From: Candidatus Culexmicrobium cathedralense
GTDB lineage: Archaea > Thermoproteota > Methanomethylicia > Culexarchaeales > Culexmicrobiaceae
Direction of reading: 5' to 3'
NCBI GenBank assembly: GCA_025061115.1
Contig: JANZKC010000002.1
Coordinates: 352,001 to 416,000, forward strand
Length of the DNA stretch: 64,000 nt
Shown here: positions 30,617 through 40,979 of the stretch, in pieces
Position numbering within the stretch: position 1 is the first letter of the stretch
Layout of the letters: every line of letters begins with the position of its first letter
Position numbers and translations under genes: made by a program
Notes under the pieces: model-generated
What the model was told of the DNA's origin: nothing
Database searches by the model: none
What the model saw: the letters and a program-made list of their open reading frames with translations, nothing else

Positions 30617-31549
30617 CTATAAAGTTTTTCTCCTAAAATACTCGATTATCCTATTTGCCAATATAACTGCAGCAGCTCTCTGCGCTTCTACTGTCATTGC
30701 GCCAATGTGAGGAGTAGCTACGACATTTGGAAGCTTGATGAGCTCCAATTCCCACGGCTCCTTCGGAGGTTCGTTTTCGAAGACATCCAGGCAGGCGCCA
30801 AGCAGCTTTCCACTCTTCAGAGCTTCAAGTAAAGCCTTCGTATCTACAACTGCACCTCTGGACGTATTTACTATAACTGCGGTGGGCTTCAAAAGGGAGA
30901 GCTCCTTTTCCCCAATCAAGTGGTATGTTCCAGGAGTTAGTGGAACGTGAATTGTTATTATGTCGGATGCCGTCAAAACTTCATCCATACTTCTAAATTC
31001 AGCTTCAAGAGCCTTTTCAACTTCAGGTGGAGCCCTTCGGATATCGTAATATACGACGCGCATTCCAAAAGCTTTAGCTCTAGCAGCAACCTCCCTTCCA
31101 ATTCTGCCTAGGCCAATGATCCCTAAAGTTTTCCCCTGCAACTGGAATCCAAGAGCCTTACGCTTAACCCACTTGCCCTCCTTCATCGACCTATCACAGA
31201 AAGCTATTTTCCTATACAGCGCAAGCAGTAGTCCAAAAACGAGCTCAGCCACAGATGTACTTGAAGCTTCGGGGCTCGAGAAAACTTTTATTCCCTTTTC
31301 TTCTGCAGCCTTCAAGTCTATGTTATCTAGACCGACTCCAGCCCTACCTATAACCTTAAGATTCTCAGCCGCATTTATGATTTCCCGCGTAACCTTAGTC
31401 CTACTTCTCACGATGAGCACATCGTAGCTCCTTATCCTGGACTTCAACTCTTCATGGCTGATTCCATAGTCTAAGTCAACTTGAAACCCATTAGACTCGA
31501 GTAGCTTAACTCCATCCTCATGAATTGGATCTGTGATCAGCACCCTCAA
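30617..31549 (-). CDS. serA: D-3-phosphoglycerate dehydrogenase / D-2-hydroxyacid dehydrogenase (short form, no ACT domain)
   Basis: RAGVGLDNID, GLGRIG, NTSRG, DVFENEP, TPHIGA. Confidence 0.8.
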   Translation of the reverse strand: MRVLITDPIHEDGVKLLESNGFQVDLDYGISHEELKSRIRSYDVLIVRSRTKVTREIINAAENLKVIGRAGVGLDNIDLKAAEEKGIKVFSSPEASSTSVAELVFGLLLALYRKIAFCDRSMKEGKWVKRKALGFQLQGKTLGIIGLGRIGREVAARAKAFGMRVVYYDIRRAPPEVEKALEAEFRSMDEVLTASDIITIHVPLTPGTYHLIGEKELSLLKPTAVIVNTSRGAVVDTKALLEALKSGKLLGACLDVFENEPPKEPWELELIKLPNVVATPHIGAMTVEAQRAAAVILANRIIEYFRRKTL

Positions 31550-31574
31550 GGCTAAGCACCACTCACACCTAAAT

Positions 31575-32918
31575 CTACTTCCTAAGCTTTCTTAAAGCTA
31601 TTTCAGCAGCCCTAGTTATGGGTTCAATGGCATCAGCAACGGGCGGGCTATAGCAAGTATCTATTGAAGCTATGGACTCAGCATCCATGCCGCAGGCAAT
31701 AGCGGCAGCTAACAAGTTGATCCTCTGAGCCACCGCCTCGCCTCCAACTATTTGCCCTCCAATCAGCTTACCATCATCAGCTCTAAACACCAGCTTAACA
31801 ACTATCTCCCTAGCCCCGGGGTAATATTCAGCCTTCGTCAGCCACTTAACCTTCCCAACAACCGTGCGGATGCCCTCCCCTTTAGCCTGCTCGCATGTTA
31901 GCCCAGTAAAGCCCACTTCAAATCCAAAAACCCTAAGAACAGTAGACCCTAAGCTTCCGGCGAAGCGCAGCGAGCTTCCAGCAGCATTCGCACCAGCAAC
32001 TTTGCCCTGACGATATGCAACACTGCCCAGAAATGGCGTGAAAGGCCTTCCGGTAACCAGATGCTTAGTTTCAGCGCAATCTCCAGCGGCATAAATGCCT
32101 TCAATGGACGTCCTCATAAACTCGTCGGTCTCAATTCCACCTGTAGCTCCAATGGAAACTCCAACCTTACGCGCCAAATCAACATTGGGTCTAACTCCAG
32201 TAGCAACAACAACAAGATCGCAGGGAACCTCTACTTCCCCAACAACAGCGCTACTAACCGTCGGATTTCCAATGATTTCCTCAACCCTTGAATTCAACAT
32301 CAAATTAACTCCACTGCTGCGAATAGCTTGACTTAAAATTCTGGCCATGTCACCATCCAAAATTGCAGGTAGGACTCTCGGCATTATTTCAGCCACCGTA
32401 ACTTCAAGCCCCCTCTCAGCAAGAGCTTCAGCAACTTCAAGTCCAATAGCTCCAGCACCAATAACCAGAGCCCTCCTAGCTTTCATAGAAGCCTTAGAGA
32501 TCGCCACACCATCATTAATAGTCCTCAGCGAATAAACCCCACCAGCATCAATGCCAGGTATAGGCGGTATGAAAGGCTTGGACCCAGTTGCAAGCACGAG
32601 GGAGCTGAACTTAATGCGGTGAAGCTCGCCCCTATGCTCATAAACCACTTCATCTCCATCAACATCAACAACCCTACTCTCAAGAAAGACTTGAATTCGG
32701 AGAGACTTGAGCTTATCAATTGAAGTTATCACTAGCTCCTCAAAGCTGCCGATTTCGCCTCCGATCACAAATGGAAGTCCACATCGAGAGTAAGTCAAGT
32801 ACTTTTCATCGCTGAGCACGACCACTTCAGCTGACGAGTCAGCAACCCTAGCTGAAATCGCCGACCAAAGGCCAGCAGGCCCCAAGCCAACAACCACTAC
32901 TCGCCGCAAGCCCACCAC
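31575..32918 (-). CDS. FAD-dependent NAD(P)H oxidase / CoA-disulfide reductase family protein
   Basis: GLGPAG, YSRCGLP redox Cys, ATGS, GAGAIGLE, YAAGDC, YSPP. Confidence 0.88.
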   Translation of the reverse strand: MVGLRRVVVVGLGPAGLWSAISARVADSSAEVVVLSDEKYLTYSRCGLPFVIGGEIGSFEELVITSIDKLKSLRIQVFLESRVVDVDGDEVVYEHRGELHRIKFSSLVLATGSKPFIPPIPGIDAGGVYSLRTINDGVAISKASMKARRALVIGAGAIGLEVAEALAERGLEVTVAEIMPRVLPAILDGDMARILSQAIRSSGVNLMLNSRVEEIIGNPTVSSAVVGEVEVPCDLVVVATGVRPNVDLARKVGVSIGATGGIETDEFMRTSIEGIYAAGDCAETKHLVTGRPFTPFLGSVAYRQGKVAGANAAGSSLRFAGSLGSTVLRVFGFEVGFTGLTCEQAKGEGIRTVVGKVKWLTKAEYYPGAREIVVKLVFRADDGKLIGGQIVGGEAVAQRINLLAAAIACGMDAESIASIDTCYSPPVADAIEPITRAAEIALRKLRK

Positions 32919-32968
32919 CTAAATCGAATTAAATATGCAGACCATAACTTAAAAGTTGAGGGTTCAAA

Positions 32969-34186
32969 TTGCCTAGGCAAGCAGGGCTCGTGGGGAAACC
33001 TAATACGGGTAAGTCAACATTCTTCAGCGCTGCAACCCTAGCTCCAGCAAAGAGAGCGCCATACCCATTCACAACCATAGAGCCAAATCGAGGAATAGCA
33101 TACGTAAAAGTTAAGTGCATATGCAGAGAGCTCGGCGTAAAGGACAACCCTAAAAACTCGCTTTGCATAAACGGCTACAGACTAATCCCAGTAGAGCTAA
33201 TAGACGTTGCAGGTCTAGTGCCCGACGCGTGGAAGGGAAGAGGGCTAGGAAATAAGTTCCTCGACGAGCTAAGAAGGGCAGAAGTACTAATACACGTGGT
33301 AGACGCCTCCGGAGGAACGGACAGCGAAGGCAGACCAGTAAAATTGGGAAGCCACGACCCATGCGAAGACGTCAGATTCCTTGAAAGAGAAATTGCAATG
33401 TGGATAGCGCAAATACTGATGCGAGATTGGAAGAGAACCTCAAGATTAATTGAAATGGCTAAGGAAGACCTACCATCAGCACTCGCAGAAAGGCTCAGTG
33501 GATTACAAATATCTAGAGGACATGTAGCCGAAGCACTTAAATTAGCAGACCTGGAAGGCAAAAAACCATCAAGCTGGAGCGAGGAGGACATAATGAAATT
33601 CGCATCTGAGCTGAGGAAAACTTCAAAGCCCATAATAATAGCAGCAAACAAAATCGACATGCCCACAGCAAGAGGAAACATAGAGAAAATGCGAAGGGAA
33701 TTCAAAGATTACATCATAGTTCCATGTAGCGCTGAAGCAGAATTAGCGCTTAGAAGGGCAGCTGAAAAAGGGCTGATAATTTATGAACCTGGAAGCAGCG
33801 ACTTTGACATAGTAAAGCCGGAAAAGCTAACGAGAAGACAGATGTCAGCCTTAGAAGTCATCAGGGAAAAGGTGCTGAAGCCATGGGGTTCAACTGGAGT
33901 TCAAGAAGTCATAAACAGAGCATTTCTGGAACTACTCGAAATGATAGTAGTTTACCCGGTTGAAGATGCAAATAAGCTGTCAGACCATGATGGCAACGTG
34001 CTTCCAGATGCCCTTCTAATTAAACGCGGGACAACTGCAAGGCAACTTGCATATAAGATCCACAGCGACCTAGGTGAAACCTTCATATACGCCATAAACG
34101 TCAGAACCAATCAAAGAGTAGGCGAAAACTACCAATTAGAGATGAACGACATAATAAAGATCGTAGCAGCAATGGCAAGAAAGTAA
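32969..34186 (+). CDS. ychF: archaeal YchF/OLA1-type translation-associated GTPase/ATPase
   Basis: GKPNTGKST, YPFTT, DVAGL, NKID, C-terminal TGS domain. Confidence 0.93.
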   Translation: MPRQAGLVGKPNTGKSTFFSAATLAPAKRAPYPFTTIEPNRGIAYVKVKCICRELGVKDNPKNSLCINGYRLIPVELIDVAGLVPDAWKGRGLGNKFLDELRRAEVLIHVVDASGGTDSEGRPVKLGSHDPCEDVRFLEREIAMWIAQILMRDWKRTSRLIEMAKEDLPSALAERLSGLQISRGHVAEALKLADLEGKKPSSWSEEDIMKFASELRKTSKPIIIAANKIDMPTARGNIEKMRREFKDYIIVPCSAEAELALRRAAEKGLIIYEPGSSDFDIVKPEKLTRRQMSALEVIREKVLKPWGSTGVQEVINRAFLELLEMIVVYPVEDANKLSDHDGNVLPDALLIKRGTTARQLAYKIHSDLGETFIYAINVRTNQRVGENYQLEMNDIIKIVAAMARK

Positions 34187-34189
34187 CCT

Positions 34190-34585
34190 CTATACGTACT
34201 TAGATCCGTAAACTGGGTCCTCCTTAAAGTACCAACCCGGCTCCTTCTTAGAGCCGAAGCTCCTCACGCCCTTTTCCTTCAACTGCCTCCTAAGCCTAAC
34301 AGCATATTCCTTCGAAATCTCGCCCCTCTTCTCTAGAAAATCGATAATCTCTAAAGCCTGATCTTCAGTGTCGCACCTTCTAATGAAATCTATGACGTCG
34401 GGCTCATAGCCCCAAAACTTTGGCTTGCCTAATCGCCAGGCAGAAATTTTCTCTCCAGCCTCAGCACTCGACCTAACCCCGCTAATTGGAATCCTAAAAG
34501 TGCGCCTTTCCTCAATTTCTCTAGCCAACGACGGAAAGTGCTTCTTCAAGGTCTCCCAATCAATTCCCAAGAAAATCACATCCAA
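34190..34585 (-). CDS. DUF2095-like protein
   Basis: KKHFPSLAREI, GYEPDVIDFIRRCDT..QALEIIDFL.KRGEI, RSFGSKKE.GWY. Confidence 0.75.
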   Translation of the reverse strand: MDVIFLGIDWETLKKHFPSLAREIEERRTFRIPISGVRSSAEAGEKISAWRLGKPKFWGYEPDVIDFIRRCDTEDQALEIIDFLEKRGEISKEYAVRLRRQLKEKGVRSFGSKKEPGWYFKEDPVYGSKYV

Positions 34586-34613
34586 CCTAAGTTTTACCTA
34601 AGTAGTACTTAAA

Positions 34614-36215
34614 CTAAGCGTGCGTGCTTTCATTCCCCCGAACAATTTCCATGGCTTTAAAGTGCTCCTTAACTAGAAAGGCGCGAGAAACTCCGACGTC
34701 CACATGATCCCAGGGTAAAGGTTCATCCACACCCCTACCAGCCAAAACGGCATCTTCAATGGAAATGCCAAGCTCCCTCTCAGCCCTCCTCCATGCAGCC
34801 AGAGAACCTCCAAGCTCAGCAACCCTAATCATTAGGGCAGCCGCCTCCCTACCTGAAGTTGATAAGAAAGCCTGTATAACAGCCTCCCTCACCCTCATCA
34901 CCCTCAATTCGATTCTGTGATCTTTAGCCGCCATTCTCCTCAACAACCCAAACTTATATCTAAGCGAAGCAGTGTCCTCAAGTCCAAGCCACTGGAATGG
35001 AGTGTGAGCCTTAGGAATGAATGGACTTACGGTTAATCTGACGCTTTTTGGAGCTGAAAAACCTAAATCAGCTACGCGCTTGGCTAGCTCCACTATCAAT
35101 TTAACATCATCCAATGATTCCCCCGGCAAACCTATCATAAAGTAAAGCTTAACATGTCTGAAGCCACCATCCAAAGCAATTTTAGCAGCATCAATAATTT
35201 CAGATGTTGACAGCCGCTTATTCACAACTTCACGCAGGCAGTCTGAGCCCGCTTCAGGAGCAAAAGCTATGGTTCTCTGCCCACCTTTAACTAGAATTTT
35301 AGCAAGCCTTTCAGATAAAGCCGAAGCTCGCATCGACGGCACAGATATTTTCAAGCCCAAGGAAACGATGTGCTCGCATAAATCCTCAAATCGGCTATGG
35401 TCAAAGGCCGCAGATCCAATTAAAACAACTTTATCAGTTGGAGTACACGTCAAGCCTTCACTTAAAATGCGCTCAACAGCCTTAATCGACCTTTCCCGCA
35501 TTGGAAGATAGTTGTAACCCTCAAGGCAAAATCTGCAGCCCCACCTGCAGCCCCTAGTTACCTCCAACATGAACGAGCCGCCGAAAATCGGGCTAAATGA
35601 GCTGTCAGCTGAAACTAAGGGGATTACCTGGGCAATGGCGTGAGGAGCATCATCAAGGGATGAAGCCCGAACCCTCCTAACAGGCTCTTCAAACTTGGGG
35701 ACATACACTCCATCAATACTAGACAGCCCCTCCAAAACCCTCTCCCTATCACCGAGCTTTAAGGCATCAACTAAGCCGTCAATTATCGGCTCAACCTCAC
35801 CGATAACAACCGCATCTACAATTGGAGCCACTGGCTCTGGATTAGCTGTCACTGCAGGACCTCCCGCCACGATTATTGGGTGATCACTGGTACGCTCACA
35901 AGCCAGCGCAGGAATTCCCGAGCTAATTAGCATGCGAATGAAATTCACATAGTCAAGCTCATATTGAAGTGAGAAGCCGAGAACATCAAATTTTGAAGGA
36001 GGTTGACTAGACTCAACACTTAGCAGAGGGCCTTCACCCTCAAAGAAAAACCTTTCACACGCCACATCTCTCCAAGAATTCAAAAGCTCATAAAGCAGGC
36101 GGATGGCTAGACAAGACATTCCAACCCTATATAGGCTGGGATAGCAGAGGCCGAATCTAAGAGCAACATTTCTCCAATTCTTCTTAACAGCATTAATCTC
36201 CCTAGGGTACATCAC
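34614..36215 (-). CDS. radical SAM protein with N-terminal B12-binding-like domain (TIGR03960-like)
   Basis: YPSLYRVGMS, GFSLQYELD, AGGP, EVTRGCRWGCRFC (CxxxCxxC), APEAGS, KLYFMIGLP, PFIPK.HTPFQW. Confidence 0.88.
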   Translation of the reverse strand: MMYPREINAVKKNWRNVALRFGLCYPSLYRVGMSCLAIRLLYELLNSWRDVACERFFFEGEGPLLSVESSQPPSKFDVLGFSLQYELDYVNFIRMLISSGIPALACERTSDHPIIVAGGPAVTANPEPVAPIVDAVVIGEVEPIIDGLVDALKLGDRERVLEGLSSIDGVYVPKFEEPVRRVRASSLDDAPHAIAQVIPLVSADSSFSPIFGGSFMLEVTRGCRWGCRFCLEGYNYLPMRERSIKAVERILSEGLTCTPTDKVVLIGSAAFDHSRFEDLCEHIVSLGLKISVPSMRASALSERLAKILVKGGQRTIAFAPEAGSDCLREVVNKRLSTSEIIDAAKIALDGGFRHVKLYFMIGLPGESLDDVKLIVELAKRVADLGFSAPKSVRLTVSPFIPKAHTPFQWLGLEDTASLRYKFGLLRRMAAKDHRIELRVMRVREAVIQAFLSTSGREAAALMIRVAELGGSLAAWRRAERELGISIEDAVLAGRGVDEPLPWDHVDVGVSRAFLVKEHFKAMEIVRGNESTHA

Positions 36216-36239
36216 TAAACGTTGTAAAGCTAAGAATAA

Positions 36240-36872
36240 TTAGCGTTGCGGAATGAACCTCCTAGCCGGATCCTCAGAAAGAACCATTCTAAGCTCCTCC
36301 ACGGTCAGCCCCTCAATAACATCACCGTAGATGTCGCAGACCTCTTTGACGTTTTGATCCTCAGGGCTTCTAACAACAATTTCAGCTCGATTACCAGATG
36401 GAAGCTCAACATAAATATGGACGTAAACTTTCTTCTCCTCATCATCTCTGCCAGCCTTAACCTTCTTCTCGACGTTAATAACATTATAGCCTAAGCACCT
36501 CAACTTCTCAACAACAGCTGATGAAGAGTGAGAGTAAACTATTATGTCAATATCGCTTCCAATTCTAACGGTGCCCCTCCAAACGCTACCTATAAGTTTA
36601 GGATTGAACTCCAACAGAGCTTCCATTATTGATAGTGCTTCTCGTCTCATCTGAATAAGCCTAGCAATTCTAGACTCACCTTCAAGCAGGTTCGCCAGAG
36701 CATCCAGTTCATCCGCCACCTCACGATTACTTGGAAGAACAGTTACTCCAAGCTCTCTGGCAGCTCTAAGCTTAGCAAATTTATACTCGGTAGCTAGTCG
36801 GTAATATAGCAGGCGAGCAGCTTCCCTAGCAACAAGTGCCCTCAAATTGCTTGGCTTCATGGAAGACGCCAT
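36240..36872 (-). CDS. nucleotidyltransferase-domain protein (Pol-beta superfamily) with N-terminal helical domain
   Basis: VAREAARLLY, LPSNREV, GSVWRG....SDIDI; start placed at ATG 36872, after the rps3ae stop. Confidence 0.8.
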   Translation of the reverse strand: MASSMKPSNLRALVAREAARLLYYRLATEYKFAKLRAARELGVTVLPSNREVADELDALANLLEGESRIARLIQMRREALSIMEALLEFNPKLIGSVWRGTVRIGSDIDIIVYSHSSSAVVEKLRCLGYNVINVEKKVKAGRDDEEKKVYVHIYVELPSGNRAEIVVRSPEDQNVKEVCDIYGDVIEGLTVEELRMVLSEDPARRFIPQR

Positions 36873-36882
36873 TGCCCACTCA

Positions 36883-37512
36883 TCAAGCTGCAGTAACGCG
36901 AGCCAAGATCTCCTCAATGGGCTTACGCCCGGAAGGCAAGGTTAAAAGCTTGCTCTTTCTAACTTCAACCTTCCGTAGAGGATAAATCTTCCTAGCAGCA
37001 TTATAAATTTCAGACGCAATCTTACCTAAAACCGCCTGCTGCACAAACTCATCGAAGGACAATTGCTGAGCCTTGGCCTCAATTACCTCCCTCATAATTT
37101 TCCTAATAGCCCTCTCCTGCGAGGTCTTAGCTCTATGCCTAGTCAAGGCGATGGCTGAAACTCTCAGGGTATAGCCGTCCTTCGTCGTAACTTTGAATAT
37201 CCCATCAACCCTCGAAGATCCTCTTCTAATCAAGCTTCTCAAATAGTCCCTAGTTAAGTCATGTCCCTTGAATATCGTTTTAGCGACATCCCCCTCAATC
37301 TCCATTATCTGGAAGTATAGCTTGATGTGAAGCAGTGAAAAGTCTCCAGTCAAATCGCTAAGAGAAGTTTCAACAACTCTCCCATAAAGCTTAGCGGGGT
37401 CGTCGGCGGGAATCCTAGCGATCTCAGCATTACCAAATGCATTTGAGGCTAACACTGTAAACCACTTCTTCATCCTCCACTTATCCCTAGCCCTCGACGA
37501 CACTTGAACCAC
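36883..37512 (-). CDS. rps3ae: 30S ribosomal protein S3ae (eS1)
   Basis: RDKWRMKKWF, GRVVE..L.DLTGD, DYLRSLIRRGSS, KIYPLRKVEVRK. Confidence 0.96.
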   Translation of the reverse strand: MVQVSSRARDKWRMKKWFTVLASNAFGNAEIARIPADDPAKLYGRVVETSLSDLTGDFSLLHIKLYFQIMEIEGDVAKTIFKGHDLTRDYLRSLIRRGSSRVDGIFKVTTKDGYTLRVSAIALTRHRAKTSQERAIRKIMREVIEAKAQQLSFDEFVQQAVLGKIASEIYNAARKIYPLRKVEVRKSKLLTLPSGRKPIEEILARVTAA

Positions 37513-37515
37513 CCA

Positions 37516-37803
37516 CTAAACTAGCTTTACGTGATTTGAACAATCTTCCTTATAACTCTGTTGGGCGAAATTCAAGGACTTCTCAGCAGCTTGGATGCAT
37601 GAAAGCAAATCATCCAGGGTTTGAAGTAGAGTTTCAACTTTGCCCTCACATTCAATTTCAACCTCAACTTCGCCATCAACCTTCCTAGCAGCCACTGCCA
37701 AGCCACGTGGAGCCTGCAAATTGTCAGGCTCAACTGCACATGCAATAGCCTCAGCGACTTCATCATCCCCATAGCAAATTCTAATGAAGGCACAGTGCTT
37801 CAT
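37516..37803 (-). CDS. Pcc1-paralog (Pcc2-like KEOPS subunit)
   Basis: AEAIACAVEPDN...TLLQTLDDLLSCIQAAE; usual position between the RecJ-like gene and rps3ae. Confidence 0.75.
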   Translation of the reverse strand: MKHCAFIRICYGDDEVAEAIACAVEPDNLQAPRGLAVAARKVDGEVEVEIECEGKVETLLQTLDDLLSCIQAAEKSLNFAQQSYKEDCSNHVKLV

Positions 37804-39255
37804 TTAACCACCCGAAAATTGCTCACCTATCAATTCCTCCAAAATTTTAATGAAATCCTCCTCAGAGCCAGCTGGAATTTGAGCTCCAGCAGCAACATCA
37901 TGACCTCCACCGATACCTCCAACTGCCGAGGCAGCCTCCCTAATAGCCAACCCTAGATTTAAGCCCCTCCCAAAAAGCCTTCTATCAGCTCTAGCTGAAA
38001 CCTTAACTTTCCCCTCAGACGATTGAGCTAAAGCAACAGCAATCTTCCTTGGAGACAGTATTCTCGAAGAGAGAGCAACCGAGATCAGCGTGCCTATCAG
38101 CCTTTCATCCACAATTTCTCCACCATAAATCACCTGCAAATGCTCAGTATGTCTAACCTTATCCAAGTTACGCGTGAGCCAATTAACGTACCTCAATAGA
38201 ACACGTCTATACTCCGACGAAAGTTCTTCAGCCTTCTCTAGAACCGCACCCCTCCTACCCATGCAGACAGCCACGCCAATGCTAGGGCGCCCAAGCCTAC
38301 CGCATGCATTAAGTAGGGAGGCATATTCCCTAGCATCCTTGAGGGGGGAAGTTGGAGGCTCCTTAGATAGAAGGTAAATCGTCCCCATAATGCTTTCAGC
38401 TTCCTTACTCTCAATTCCCCTACTCAGCATGTGCTTCACCAAGTTAACCATTAAAGATCTCAGTTCCTGCTGAGATAAGTCAGCCATTCTCCTCAAATTT
38501 CCATCCTCATCGGTTGGCGAAATCCCTATGCGCTTTAGAAAGTTAACGCAAGCATTAAAGTCTCCGCTTAAACCAGGAATCAAAGGATCTATCGTATACT
38601 CCAAGCTTTTAACAACCGGTCTAGATTCGAAGCCGAACAACCTTAACCCAAACTTCACTTCAACTAAATCCGCTTCGACAGCATCTCTAACTATTAACTC
38701 GTTCAACCCTATCAAATTACGCCTCTTCCCGCAATCCTGCCTATCCCCAAGAGCCCCCACAACGGCGACTGGAGCCAAATCAACATTATCTTGGCTAACA
38801 GCCTTAGCTACAAAGTAAGCTACGCCCGCTGAACTAATGTGCTTCGAGCCGTCTATCTCGAAAAAGTGGGGATTAACTTCAACTCCCCCAGCAATTTCAA
38901 CATCCAAGGGCTGATGATGATCAAGAATGACGATCGAGGAAACCGAGAGAGCACTTAAAATCAAATCCTTCTGCCCACTGCCCAAATCAGTGAATATTAT
39001 CGGGACATTCGCTTCAGAACTTAGCTCTCTAAGCAGCTCCTCATCCAGCTGCTTTACAATTCTAATCTTAAAAGAAGCCTTCAACCTTTCAAGAGCAACA
39101 CCCATAATGCCTGCAGAAGCAAGTCCATCTGCATCCAAGTGAGAAACAACAGTTATTGGAAGGTCCTCTTCTATCCAACTCAAAATGCGCTCCGCAGCTT
39201 CCTCAACTTTCCCCCTAAACTCGGATATCGAACTATCACCATTATTTAGATTCAA
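37804..39255 (-). CDS. RecJ-like DHH exonuclease (archaeal RecJ/Cdc45 family)
   Basis: SHLDADG, TDLG, LDHH, GALGD, NACGR, GGGHDVAAGA. Confidence 0.88.
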   Translation of the reverse strand: MNLNNGDSSISEFRGKVEEAAERILSWIEEDLPITVVSHLDADGLASAGIMGVALERLKASFKIRIVKQLDEELLRELSSEANVPIIFTDLGSGQKDLILSALSVSSIVILDHHQPLDVEIAGGVEVNPHFFEIDGSKHISSAGVAYFVAKAVSQDNVDLAPVAVVGALGDRQDCGKRRNLIGLNELIVRDAVEADLVEVKFGLRLFGFESRPVVKSLEYTIDPLIPGLSGDFNACVNFLKRIGISPTDEDGNLRRMADLSQQELRSLMVNLVKHMLSRGIESKEAESIMGTIYLLSKEPPTSPLKDAREYASLLNACGRLGRPSIGVAVCMGRRGAVLEKAEELSSEYRRVLLRYVNWLTRNLDKVRHTEHLQVIYGGEIVDERLIGTLISVALSSRILSPRKIAVALAQSSEGKVKVSARADRRLFGRGLNLGLAIREAASAVGGIGGGHDVAAGAQIPAGSEEDFIKILEELIGEQFSGG

Positions 39256-39267
39256 GGCTTCCCGCCA

Positions 39268-39711
39268 CTAAGCAGTAATGGTCTTTCCAGGCTGGTAAGA
39301 CCAATTCGTTGGGAGCCTCCCAATTCTACGATAATACTTGGTTAATCGCCATATTTTAGCTTCAATGAGCTTGAGCCCCCTCCTGCTATGCTCGTCCTTA
39401 GGGTGCTCCTCCAAGTGCCTCCTTATGCGCTCAGCCCTCCTAATCAAGTTGGCAAGGTCCTCGGGCAGCTGTGGAGCAAGCCCCCTTTCCCTAAGGATCT
39501 CAACGATCTTCTTTCCGGTGATCTGCTTAACAAGTGGAATGCCATACTGGTCTCTTAAAATAACGCCTATCATTGATGGAGGAGTCCCTCTCCTTGCAAG
39601 ATCAACCACTAGATTCTCAACTTCCTCGGCAGTATACTTACACCACTTAGGAGGAGTAGTTCTCACAGGCCTAGTTGAGTGAGATTTCCCCTTCTCCTTG
39701 CTTTTCCTCAT
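39268..39711 (-). CDS. rps15: 30S ribosomal protein S15 (uS15)
   Basis: [35 protein letters not shown]. Confidence 0.96.
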   Translation of the reverse strand: MRKSKEKGKSHSTRPVRTTPPKWCKYTAEEVENLVVDLARRGTPPSMIGVILRDQYGIPLVKQITGKKIVEILRERGLAPQLPEDLANLIRRAERIRRHLEEHPKDEHSRRGLKLIEAKIWRLTKYYRRIGRLPTNWSYQPGKTITA

Positions 39712-39760
39712 GGATGTGCCTCCCCAAGCCTTAGACAGTAACTCGCAAGGATACTTAAGT

Positions 39761-40357
39761 TTATTTCGCTAGGTGGGAGGCAAGCCACATCCCGAAAGCC
39801 TTAAATGCCTTTGCCCTATGGCTAATCCGGCACTTATGCTCAAACTCCATCTCAGCAAAAGTTAGCCCATCACCCTCATCGGGGATAAATATGGGGTCAA
39901 AGCCAAATCCCCCACTTCCCCTAGGCTCAAGAGCAATCTCCCCGAAAGCCACTCCCTTAAAAACTCTGCACTCCCCACTAGAATCACAGTAGGCCACAGC
40001 TGACTCGAACCATGCCCTCCTATCGCTAACTCCTCGCATTAACTTCAAAATTCCACTAAGCCCTATCGTCTTAAATACGTATGAGGAGTATGGGCCTGGA
40101 AAGCCTCCAAGCGACTCAATGAATAGACCTGCATCCTCCACTATCACAGGCCTATTAAGCTTCTCAGCAGCATCTTTAACTCCAAACAGCGCTATTTCGC
40201 ATAGATCATCAGACTGTATCTCAATCCTCTTCATGGGAACTTGAATTAGGCGCACACCCATAAGTGAAAGAACGTACTTAGCTTCCTCAAACTTATGCTT
40301 ATTTCTCGTGATAAATGCTATCTCGACATCACTTAGAAATTCTGCGCTCAACCACAT
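39761..40357 (-). CDS. rdgB: XTP/dITP diphosphatase (Ham1/RdgB)
   Basis: [34 protein letters not shown]. Confidence 0.92.
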   Translation of the reverse strand: MWLSAEFLSDVEIAFITRNKHKFEEAKYVLSLMGVRLIQVPMKRIEIQSDDLCEIALFGVKDAAEKLNRPVIVEDAGLFIESLGGFPGPYSSYVFKTIGLSGILKLMRGVSDRRAWFESAVAYCDSSGECRVFKGVAFGEIALEPRGSGGFGFDPIFIPDEGDGLTFAEMEFEHKCRISHRAKAFKAFGMWLASHLAK

Positions 40358-40979
40358 ACCTCCCCCTCATTCTAATCTCCTTAACCTTCCTGATAACTAG
40401 ATCAGCCCTATCGAAAGCGCTTCGATAACCTTCAACAACAGCCGAAAAACACTCATTAGCAATTTCATAGTGCGAGCTCTCTAGAACTCGAAGAAGCAAG
40501 TGTAAATCCACCCCAAAATGCTCCACCTCCATGGAGAAGCCTCCAAGCCCAAAGTCTATGAAGTATATCTTATCGTTGCATGCAATCATGTTTGAAGTCG
40601 TCAAATCTCCATGGAAAACCCCATTAGAGTGAAGAAGCCCAACACACTTACCCACCAATCTACAAAACCTCACTCTCTCGCTCCTCGAAACCTCCGGAAG
40701 CAGCTTCTTGAGTGTAACCCCCTCAATAAACTCCATGACAATAGCGAAATTCCCTAAATCCACATCAAACACGGTGGGTGTAGGAACACCAAATCTCTTA
40801 GCACTTGAAAGCAATTTAGCCTCATGAGCAGTTCTAAACCTCCTCAAATGCTCATCAAGCGGTCTAACCCTATACGACTTAGCAACCCTAATTTTCTTAA
40901 CAACCTTCATCCCAAACCAGTCGTCCAAGTATAAGTGGGCTTCAGCACCCTTCTTCAATAGCCTCAACTTCAAGTTCAC
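40329..40979 (-). CDS. bud32: KEOPS kinase/ATPase Bud32
   Basis: KGAEA, HGDLTTSN, IDFGL, RGRY. Confidence 0.94.
   Translation of the reverse strand: MNLKLRLLKKGAEAHLYLDDWFGMKVVKKIRVAKSYRVRPLDEHLRRFRTAHEAKLLSSAKRFGVPTPTVFDVDLGNFAIVMEFIEGVTLKKLLPEVSRSERVRFCRLVGKCVGLLHSNGVFHGDLTTSNMIACNDKIYFIDFGLGGFSMEVEHFGVDLHLLLRVLESSHYEIANECFSAVVEGYRSAFDRADLVIRKVKEIRMRGRYVVERRISK

Noticed and set aside
36240-36872. MNT-HEPN toxin-antitoxin system
   Set aside because: No HEPN (Rx4-6H) partner adjacent; the protein is longer than a minimal MNT and sits in a housekeeping operon.
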